From the NCBI GenBank assembly GCA_000165425.1, contig CT868496.1, positions 186,001 to 250,000 of the forward strand: a stretch of DNA of 64,000 bases, in the 5' to 3' direction. This document shows, in pieces, positions 53,901-64,000 of the stretch. Each line of letters starts with the position of its first letter. Position 1 is the first letter of the stretch. The position numbers and the translations under genes were made by a program. The stretch comes from Paramecium tetraurelia (lineage: Eukaryota). The notes below the pieces were generated by a model. The model was not told the DNA's origin, did no database searches, and was given only the letters and a program-made list of their open reading frames with translations.

Positions 53901-54937
53901 AAAAATATGATGAATTGTATTCAAATGGTGATCCTAAAATCATTAAATTGTTGTCGAATTTGATTTTAGTCATCTCCGAAATATAGATAACTGTCTACTC
54001 CTTTAAAGATGGCGAAGTATCATATGTTTAGAGTCTTGAGAAGACGAATTTTGGGTACTTCCAAGATGTCATCTCTCCGGAACCGAATTATTTTCAAGTA
54101 TACTCTAAAAATATCAATTAAATGACAATCTCTATGTATCGGCTCTAAGAAAACGAGTTTAGTTTAATGCAATAGTATGGGGTTGACTTATTAGATGTCA
54201 TCTAATAAACAGGATTTTACATAGATCCTAAGACAATTTTTCAAAAGATCATTATCAAACATAGCAAAACCTAATAGTAACTAATTACAGCAGAATTATT
54301 CTGTTAAGCTCATAAACATTCACATTATATTGTTTAAATATAATACATTTGCAAAATTTCTCCTATCTCTTATAATTGTTCTATCAATAATTATAAAACA
54401 TTGCAAATATTTTAAGGATATGGGAATTGGCCATCCAACTAATTTAAAATGTATAATGACTAATATATGTTGATGATTTACTATTAATCTACCACATTTA
54501 TAAGTGCCATCTATAGTTTAGAATTAAATTATGTTCATCCAACAACTTCTTCAACCTTATTTTCAGGAGCCATACAATATTAAAATGTTTCAGTTTCATA
54601 GTAAGCATTCTTTACACAAGGATGTTAAATTTATTTATTGACCAATTCAATCAATAGGGAAGTATTTGCACTTTATGAAATTCATAATACTACTAAATTT
54701 TGTATCTAAGATCATTTGAAATCAGAGAAAATTCAGATTACTCTAAAAAATAACTTTCATGAAAAAAACGAAACTTTGGATGTGAATAAAAATGGTGATA
54801 ATGACAATAATAATACAAAAAAGTTTATTATTTGGCTTGTTTTCGGAATTCTTTTAGTATTCCTTTTTGGAATGCTGTTATTTGGTTGTTACATCAAACA
54901 AAAAAAGAGACATGTAGAAAATTAATTAATTTTATGA
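50936..54937 (+). CDS. Giant (~1330 aa) type I membrane/surface protein of unknown function
   Basis: Signal-like MIAILQSILLLFNARIAEC; long beta-rich ectodomain; TM FIIWLVFGILLVFLFGMLLFGCYI followed by KQKKR; TGA 54935-54937. No intron is obviously required. Confidence 0.8.
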
Positions 54938-54948
54938 TACTAAATAAA

Positions 54949-57826
54949 TCATTTTGCATTTGATATTTATCCAAAATTGCTAGACAATATAACATTCTTG
55001 TTCTATTCACCCTATCCTCTTAGGTTTAGACTTCTTTCCAATTCCGATTGTAATTTATCATATTTTCTCTTCCATTCATCAAATTGATTTGCCTATTCTA
55101 TCTATCATAATCATACTTTTAATTAATTCAATCTTGTATTTTCATTTGCCAACAATGCACACTTATTCTCTAATTCAACAATTCTCCTATTCTTATCATC
55201 CAATAGTGATGTCTCCAATCTACTTGTATCTTCCTTTACAACCTCCTTCATAAATGATACTTCTCTTTAATATGAAATTAATTCATTCTTTAATGTTGAT
55301 ATTTCAAAATCTTAGCTTTTAATAGTTTACACTAATATCTATATCTCCTCAAACATTTAATTGTTCTTTTATTCCATTTCACTTGTATTTCTATTTTAAT
55401 TCTGCTATTGCTCTAATTATCGAATCCTCTAAATCAATTAATCTTCCTTTTTCTAAGCCTTAATTAAATTATTTTCTAACTGCATAATCTTTACATTCAA
55501 AGAATCCGCCAATGATTAATTTTTTGACTAATTCAACATATCCTCCTTTCTAGATAATTGTTGCAATTAATCTTCTAAATCCCGTATATACTTTTCAAAC
55601 TTACTGATCTTCTATTCCTACTATTAACTCACTTGCTTTAATTGATTTATCTAATCATTTCTCATTCTCACCTCATGCTAAAGCTAATTGATTTCATTAT
55701 TCATTTACTATTAAACCTACTCAATCTATTTTCTTGATTCTATTGACAATCTTTCATACTTCTCCACACTTAATCTTTCTGTCTTTATTTTTACATCCTC
55801 CACTTAAACTGATAGCTACCTTCTTAGATCTTCATTCTAGCTTTGCCACTTCTCACTTAACTAACATATAATAATTACACTAATTTACCTATTTCTCCTT
55901 CTTATAATTTTCAATCATTATCTCCAAATCATCCGTAACATCCTTAATTCTGTTATTTGCTTCTCTTAATTACTTTTCATATCTTGATTCCAAATTCATT
56001 AACTCTTCCCTCAATTGCTTATTCTTTGATTCCAACTAACCTAAATCTGCAGCCTTATCATTTAATTACAAAGAAACTCTCTGATTCTCTCTCTACAGTC
56101 TAGACTCCACATCTTCTATTTCCCTTGAATATTTCTATTTGATCTATTGAAATTCTGACTAAGCCTTCTCCAATTACTGGTTGAGCTGTTAATTTTCAAC
56201 TCTATATTCTTTTATTTCTAATTCGTATTTTCTTTGAAATTGTCTTAACTTCTCCTCCAAATCTACAATAAATCTATTCTATTTTTCTATCGTCGAACTT
56301 TCATTGCTCAATTACATAATTTACTCCTCTAATGCTTTTATCCTGCTCTAATACTTTTGAATACTTTAATTGGCCTTACTAAGCTCTTACTATAATGTTT
56401 CTTTTTGCTTAATTGAATTCCTATACTCTAAATCATACTCAGTATTTTTTAACTGTTTGGCCCTTCTATTTTAATCAGATAACTGATCTATTTCTTTGTA
56501 CAATAAACTTTTCTCCTCCTCTGTCTGAACTTGTAATTGGTCCAACTATTATTATAACTTTAAAGTCTTTTATTCTAAAATTAAGATTTATTTGTTCTTT
56601 AGGTCTAAATCTCCATTATTGACAGATTTACTCATTTGTTCATTCTATAATTACTACTGAAGTGATCGAATCCTCTCTTCCAATTCTATTATTAATTTTG
56701 ACTGTTGAATTGACTTCGATTGCCTGGATTATATTGAAAGTCTATCTTCTTATTCCTATTACAATTATTTTTTCAACTAATATAATTCCTATTACAATTA
56801 CTACCTTTATTGATTTGCCTAATTTAATTAATTATTAAGATTCAGAATCTTGTTATTTAATTCCTCAATTTATCTGCCATTATTAGATGTAGATTATCTG
56901 GATTGTTATTCACTTAGTCTTGTTTTCGTTTCTCTTTCATAAGTATTTTGCTACCATCTACCTTACACTTCCGACACTTAAGTTTGAAACATAGTTATTT
57001 GATTCAGATATTCAGTATTCATCTAACTCAATTAGGAATTTTGATCTTAAAGCTCCTTTAGTCTCTGATTAAGCAATATAATTTCATCCTTATGCTTATT
57101 TAGTTGATCTTAAAGAGTTTAGTTTAGAATGCTTAAATCTTTTATCTGTAATGCATCTGTGTTCTTTTAGTTATTTAATTAGGTAATCTGAGTTAAGAGC
57201 TATTGGTTCATTTCACTCAGCTTTTATATCTATTTATCCTAATCCTTATAACAGTTAGAACAATCCTTCTATACAAGGAGCAATTACTACTAAAACGAAT
57301 TGTTTATGGCATTAAGTTTATCAATTTGGGCTAAGTAGTCGTCTATCAAAATTTCGTATTGTGATTGCTTTTTTTGATATACTTCAACTTGGCTGAGCAA
57401 TTTTACATTTTCTTATTCAACTTTCTTAAAACTTATATCATTTTCCAATTAAATACGCAATAACTAGTCCTTATATTTACTTTCCAACTATTTTGATTTC
57501 TCATCAAAATCCTATATTTCCTTTTAGTATTATTTATTATTCATTTACAAGACTTGGAGTTGACTGATTAATTTTACGTTTTCTTCTTGTACAATTTATA
57601 AATCAATAAGTAATTTTTCTGAAACCAACGAAGCGTTACTAGTTATTTGTTGATATTATTAAGTCCTAGTTGTGTTAGTCACTAACTTGATTTATTAACT
57701 TTAAGAAGTCAATCTACTTGATTTTTGGGATTTCAAGTCGCTTTCAGGGATTTACAATCTAATAGTATGAATGTCTTTATCTAAATATAGTTGATCTTCT
57801 TAAGCTTTGTAGACTCTGTTGAACAT
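54949..57826 (-). CDS. Long coiled-coil protein
   Basis: ATG 57826 (MFNRVYKAQEDQLYLDKD); E/Q/K-rich heptads throughout; C-terminal ELENKCALLANENTRL segment; TGA 54951-54949. Confidence 0.8.
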
Positions 57827-58182
57827 GGATTCGAATGAAAATTGGTATTAATTTTTTATTATAAAAATAAAAGAATGATTTCAGGTTGATCTCTTTGTTT
57901 AGTATTGTTCTTTTTGTAAGATTTCTCAGTAATCAATTCTTACTCAATGTAAATCTTTTATTTGAAAGGTTAATTAATTCAAAAGTATAATGATTTAATC
58001 GAAGATGTTAATTTACATAATAAAATAAGTAGTTTGTTAAAATTGATTCATAATTGACTTTATTTAATCTTTAGAATTACAAAGGAGATACAAGAATGTT
58101 AGATAAATGAAGTGATTTTAGTTTGAATGTGAGATAAGAATGATGAATAATAAAAAAGAAATTATAATCATATTTATTATCC

Positions 58183-60246
58183 ATGAACCGCAGTAGTCAT
58201 GTGAAAAGTGGATAGACTGCATTTAAGGTGTTGAATTTCTTCTTAAGATCAAAGAAATCAACTTAAGTCGTGCCAGAAAAGAGGCATTTCGAACAAGATG
58301 AGATTAAAAGAATATTTAGAAGATGTCTTATAAGATTGCGTACGATTTATATTTTGAATTAAGTGACAAAAGAAATAGTCACTTATGGGACATCTTCTAA
58401 TTTATATGATATTTCGACTAGAGACAGGTATGATTTTGATTAAGGTGATTAAGACCTGCTTTACAAAAATATCTGTTTCCATTATCGAAATTATAGGATC
58501 AAAACGAAGAGAAACTCGAATTTCCAATAATCCATCCAAATTCATTATTTAAGTAGATTTGGAATGGAATCTTTTTAGTGATGATGATTTATGTGGCAAC
58601 AATTTTACCATTCAGAAGTAGTATATTAAATAAATATTAGTTTCGTTTTATCTTGATAATGAAGTTGGAGTTTGGTATTATGCAGATATAGGAACAGACA
58701 TATTATTTTGGTTAGACCTGATAATCAGTTGTCTATCAGGTTATTATGATGAGGAGGGGAAGTTAGTAAAGAAAAGGAAGGTTATATTCATGAACTATCT
58801 GAAAGGATGGTTCACAATTGATTTGCTATCATGTCTCCCTTTGAATTATGTAATGGATGAAGTGATATCTGAAACTGGCAATATGTAATCCCAGAACATC
58901 AAATTATTTAAATTGCTCAAACTCCCACGAATGTATAGATTGTTTAAGATCATTCGATTCATCGACATGATGAAATATCTAGGAATTTCAGAGATAATGG
59001 AGTTCTTTAAATTCAATTATGGATTCTCTAGATTACTGTCACTCCTTATTTCAGTTTGTTTAGTAATCCATTTATCAGGTTGCTTATGGTTTTATGTAGC
59101 AGCATTCAATGACTTTGATTCATAAACATGGGTATCTAGAAATGATTTAACATCATCAACTATCCAAACTAAATATATAGCAAGTATCTATTATGCATTT
59201 ACTACTTTAACAACAGTAGGATATGGAGATATTCATTCATTTTCTTCGGCTGAGATGTTTATTACAATCTTTTTAATGGTAGTAGGGGTTGGGTTTTATT
59301 CTATGATTATTGGTTTATTGTCTAGTATACTTTCATAGATCGATTACAAGGGTCATAAACTGTAATAACAGTAAGCAATTTTAAGTGAGTTTTGTATAGA
59401 AAAGAAAATATCAGTTAATTTGAGAGAAAAATTGAAGGAAACCCTTGAATATAGTTTTGATAAGAATTGTTTTATTTGGGCAGATAACAAATATATTTTT
59501 AAGGATCTTCCAATTAATCTTAGATACGATATAATAATGAATATCCACAATGGAGTATTTGGAAACATGCAATTATTTTAACTAGTGGAGGACAAATAGT
59601 TCTTAGTGAAAGTGGTTCCTCTATTGAAACCTATTTTGTTTTTGGAGTCTGAAATAATATGGGAACAAAATAGTAATCCTGATGCAATCTATTTTATTGC
59701 TGATGGTAGAATGAATTTCAAAGCTGAATTCATTGTTATTAAAGCTACTAATCAAAAAAAATAATTTGCTTTTAAAAGTATGATAGGAGGTTCCTATTTT
59801 GGTGAAATAGAAATATTCCTACATACCAAAAGAGAAACTGTAGCCTAATGTGAATCACAATGTGAAATGTATTATCTGACTATTACATCGTTTGAAAACG
59901 AGATTTTCGATGATTTCCCTCATATCATGAATAAAATGAAGAAGATTGCTTTAGAAAGAAGACAAAAGAATCTTGAGACAATACAACAATTGCAATATTT
60001 TATAGATGATGCCACCAAAAAATAATTAAAAAGAAGTAATGACTTATTGTAAATATTATAGCATAACCAAAGAAGAATACTGTTCTCTTGAGAGAATATA
60101 TTAAGTAAAGCAGTCAGCATACTTTAGAAGATGCTAAACCAAGTAATTTTGAAAATGAAACAGACCATCCCTTGATTTCAACCTATAGTTCGAAATTTCA
60201 AGATCTCTTTTTAATCACTTAAGAAATAGAACAATTACTAGAATGA
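58183..60246 (+). CDS. Voltage-gated K+ channel with cyclic-nucleotide-binding domain (EAG/CNBD family)
   Basis: IIHPNS..K.IWN; NYLKGWFTIDL; S4 KLFKLLKLPRMYRLFKIIRF; pore TTLTTVGYGDI; C-linker LPINLR; CNBD GSYFGEIE...KRE. Confidence 0.93.
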
Positions 60247-60303
60247 TTATTATTAATTCGCATCTACTTAGTTTTGCTATTATTAATTATTTAATACAAA
60301 ATT

Positions 60304-61549
60304 ATGGAACAAGTATTCTATCTTTTCTATAATTCAGTTAGTGGAGGTAATAGAGGACAATAATTTGTGAAATACGATGTAAAGGAATTGTGATTTAGTA
60401 TTTAGCAATAAGAATTGATTTTTGAGACTAAGCCCAAAAATGCAAGAGTCAAATTTTTTAATATCTATGAACTTGCTTCCAGGAACAAAGGATTTGAATA
60501 AATCAAACAACAATAACAAAATGACACTTATATAGTTATGGCAGGTGGAGATGGTTCAATTATGTGGATTGTAGGATTACTATTATAATATTAAATTGAT
60601 CTAAATAGATGTATTATCATTCCATTCCCATTCGGAACTGGAAATGACTTTGCTAATAGTTTAGGTTGGGGAACCACTGTGCCAGCTGACGTCATTGGAA
60701 AAAACAATAAGGTTTTGCAGAACTATGTGGAATAATGGCTCATTGGTGCTGAATCCTTCTTTGATGTGTGGGATGTCGATATAGTACTTAAGAAAGTATG
60801 TCTCCAACTTATTTAAGGACGGATTCATTAGTGAAATTAAAAGGCATACCAATAGTGTGGGAGAACTCAAAATTTAACTAAAAGACTACAAATTCAATAA
60901 GCCAATGATCAATTATTTTAGTATAGGCGTAGATGCAAGAATTGGTTACGGATTTGATAAAAATAGAACAACTTATTAATGTTGTAACAAAATTGTCTAC
61001 TGTTGGGAAGGTTTCAAGAAAATGTTTTTAAAAACACCCAAGATGAATTAATCAATTGAAACATTGGAGTATTTAGATGATAACGATGATATGTAGAACA
61101 AATTGTTATTTAAAACATAAGAGAATGCTGGATAAAGAGATTCAATAACCATTCCTGGCAATCCTATTAATTTGCTATGTTTAAATATCAATTCATACGC
61201 AGGAGGATTAAAAAATATTTGGATGAATGCATAATATGAAGAGGGTTACAAAAAATATGATTTTCATCCTCCTTCATTCTCAGATGGAGTCTTAGAATTT
61301 TTATCATTTAATTCTATTTTAGGAATTGGATCTGAAAGAATTTTACCAGGTCAAGCCACTAGACTAAGTTAGACTAAAGGACCAATCAAATTGAATTTTA
61401 AAAAGAATGAGCCATTAAGAACGTATTTTTAAATAGATGGACAATATTATTCAATTACCAATCCAATTTCTGTTTCAATAAGATCATGTTAATAACTATC
61501 ACATGGTAAAATTAGAGTTTTAATAAATAAACAAGGAATAGTACAATGA
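60304..61549 (+). CDS. Diacylglycerol kinase (catalytic + accessory domains only)
   Basis: FYNSVSGGNRG; MAGGDGS; PFGTGNDFANSLGWG; MINYFSIGVDARI; NINSYAGG; SDGVLE; FQIDG. Confidence 0.92.
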
Positions 61550-61721
61550 TTTTATTGATATATTTTATTTGTAATTTACTTTATAAAAAAGCACATCTAT
61601 AGATCTTTTGATAAGATCTTTTTTTATTTACAAGATATTTTAGATAAAGATTTCAAAAATATTTGAATAAAATTAAATGAAAATATAACTTAATAAAAAA
61701 AATATATTGTTATTATAAATA

Positions 61722-63596
61722 TCATTGTTGTTTTCCTCTCAACAAGTATAAAAACATTAAAGCCATAAATCTGAAAAACAAAATTATGGCAGCTAAAATG
61801 ACCAAGCATTTCCATAGACCTAAAGTTAGATTGTAGGTATCAATAGGGTTAGAGTTCTCTATAGTCTTACCAATGAATTCATCATCTCTTGTATCGAATT
61901 CATTCCATACTAATGCTTCAAAGGCATATTTCATAGGACTTAGATACTGGATCCATCCAATCCAATCCATATACATATTTTGATTAGCATAAAAACCAGA
62001 GAATATAACCAATGGCATCAATACTACAGGCAGAAATCCAGCAGCTGCTTTAAGATCACTAAACATACATCCAGTCATCAGACCTAAATTAATAGTTATT
62101 AAATTATACCAAAACTATTTCCACTCAAACCAAGCATGATACAAATAATGATGTTTATCACTACTATGTCTCCGGTCTTGTAATTCAAATCAACCATCCA
62201 ATAACAAATAAGCTACTGAATGATAGGGAACACAAATAGAAATGGAATTTCCACTGAACTTTTGCCAGTAAAATATGCTGCAGTAGAGTACAACTTTGAA
62301 TTTTCTTCTCTTAAAAACACTTCTCTTTCAGCTGGAAATTGTACCATTACAGGATTTAGAGCTCCCATAAAACTACTCATCACCAAAAAGAATAAAACTC
62401 CTATTGTACTCTAAATTCCTTTGTATCCAGGTTCGCTTCCTGCTGTCCAAAATATACCTCCAATCAGTAGACCGATGAAAATAGTCATTACTAATCTACC
62501 TCTCACTAACACCTTATCTCTCTTCACATTAATCATTCCTCTTCTAAAGATTTCCTTAACTTAGAATCCAAATGATGTTTGAATTGACTATCTTGATATC
62601 TACTAGACTTAAATAGCGTTGATTTCATTTTCAATCTACTAGACAAAATTTGAACCATATCCTGAAAATAGAGTCTGATAATGTGGATGATTTGAATCAT
62701 CATGGTGCATTATACTCATTAAGTAATCTAGTGGATTGGAATGAGCTGGACACTCAAACCCTAAGCTTTTGAAGTAGTTAACCATCTCATCTCTTTTGCC
62801 TTAATATATGAATTTGCCTTAAACTAAAAGCATCACTTGATCAAATAACATATAAATATCTGCACTTGGTTAATGAATTGTAAACACTATTGTTCTTCCT
62901 GAAGTATGAGCCAATTTTCGAAGCAGATTTCTAGATATTAAATCAAAATACATAATGACAAAAGCAGTAAATGAATCCAATCCTGAAGTAGGTTCATCCA
63001 ATAAAATGCAAAATGGGTCACTTACTAATTCAACTCCAATTGATGTTCTTTTTCTTTCTCCACCAGATATTCCCTTAATCATAGCATTACCAATCTATTC
63101 AAATAATATAAGTAATTACTAATGTATGTTGACATTTTTCTAATTTCAATGTCTTTAATGCATAATCCACTTTATCAATCTTTTATTAAGGATCAGCATA
63201 CTTTAAATTCGCTACAAATTCTAAAGTCTCTCGTACAGTCAAAGTTCCAAAAAGTACGTCATTCTGCATAACGTAAGATGAAAATTGAGAAAATTTATCA
63301 CTATTATAGGGCTACCCATTTGCATTAATTGCTCCCTACAATGTCACATTCCCTCCAGGAGTTATCCTTTTGGCTAAAATGTTGAGTAATGATGTTTTTC
63401 CTGCTCCTGAAGCTCCAAGAATTGCAGTAACCTAACCTGGTTTACAGATTCCGGAAATGTTATTCAGGATCAATTTGTTCTCAACAACATTCTAAGGATT
63501 CTTAACGTTGACCTAGTATGTTAAATTTTAGAAGCTGATCGTCACACTATTTGTTGACTCTTTATTTTGAAAAGGTACGATTTCAGTTCCTTTCAT
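61722..63596 (-). CDS. ABCG (White-type) half transporter
   Basis: [51 protein letters not shown]; several tiny introns. Confidence 0.93.
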
Positions 63597-63742
63597 GTTA
63601 TAATTTTTAATAATAAATTTTAGAAGTCTTAATTTCCAAAATTTATTCCACAAATTAAATATCATGAGAATTCTTTATTATGAATTCTGATGAAATGAAG
63701 AATTTAATTTTATATCAAACTTTCACACATATTAATTGTAAC

Positions 63743-64000
63743 TCATTACTACTTTGATTTTCCCAAATATAAAAATATTAGTGATAAAAATCGAAAAAGT
63801 ATTGGGAATGTGATCAAAACATAAATGCTATTCCATAATCCGAAATCCAAAGAGAATTTTTCTATTGGATTCAAATCTTCTATTTTTATTCCTGAAAATT
63901 CATCTCTTCTGGTATCATACTCATCATATATTAGTGCTTCAAATGCATACTTCAATGGACTTAAATATTACACCCAACTTATCCAATTCATAAATAAGGA
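63743..64000 (-). CDS. ABCG half transporter, 3' end (partial, tandem paralogue)
   Basis: WISWVQYLSPLKYAFEALIYDEYDTRRDEF...FRFLSLIFLYLGKSKQQ-TGA, closely similar to the C-terminus of the adjacent ABCG. Runs off the window end. Confidence 0.88.

Noticed and set aside
13263..61549. A Ca2+/lipid signalling gene cluster (TRPML, OSCA, CIPK-like, IQ, CNBD channel, DGK, PP2C)
   Set aside because: These families are heavily expanded in Paramecium and are interspersed with unrelated genes, so chance co-occurrence is sufficient.
4182..63955. Supplied ORF track entries as real short proteins
   Set aside because: They were computed with TAA/TAG as stops and without splicing. They are fragments of longer genes or antisense/off-frame shadows (e.g. 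7889-8137, 16885-17205, 23807-24256).
1..64000. Transposons, IES-rich germline DNA, or selenocysteine/TGA read-through
   Set aside because: No transposase or reverse-transcriptase motifs or terminal repeats were seen. The genes I traced are uninterrupted apart from tiny introns, and the apparent internal TGAs I checked fell inside introns. Not every codon of the longest genes was verified.

Overview
This is eukaryotic DNA, almost certainly the somatic (macronuclear) genome of a Paramecium-type ciliate. It is AT-rich and very gene-dense, uses TAA/TAG as Gln with TGA the only stop, and has tiny (~21-31 nt) GT-AG introns. The supplied ORF track treats TAA/TAG as stops, so it shows only fragments or spurious frames; I re-read the genes with the ciliate code. 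About 32 protein-coding genes can be supported. Recognisable ones are: PDI 3' end, heat-shock factor, mitoribosomal mL59 and uL24m, LRRC61-like, kinesin-14, ribokinase, mucolipin/TRPML, a nucleoplasmin-like protein, epiplasmin, bacterial/viral-type homospermidine synthase, a DUSP-USP deubiquitinase, DNAAF2/Kintoun, a twin-CX9C protein, an OSCA/TMEM63-like channel, a CIPK-like kinase, CCP5/AGBL5, an ankyrin-DHHC palmitoyltransferase, three ABCG half-transporters, PP2C, an IQ protein, a CNBD K+ channel, DGK and two giant single-pass surface proteins. I saw no tRNA/rRNA, CRISPR array, transposase or telomeric tract. I cannot demonstrate a new multi-gene system. The best leads are a 138-nt outlier intron in the HSF gene with an HSE-like motif, the intron-bearing homospermidine synthase, a CIPK-like kinase with a variant NAF motif, extremely short gene spacers (including a 14-nt head-to-head spacer inside a perfect palindrome), a SILK/RVxF PP1-docking orphan and two related giant surface proteins. 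Coordinates are hand-derived gene spans including introns and may be off by a few bases.
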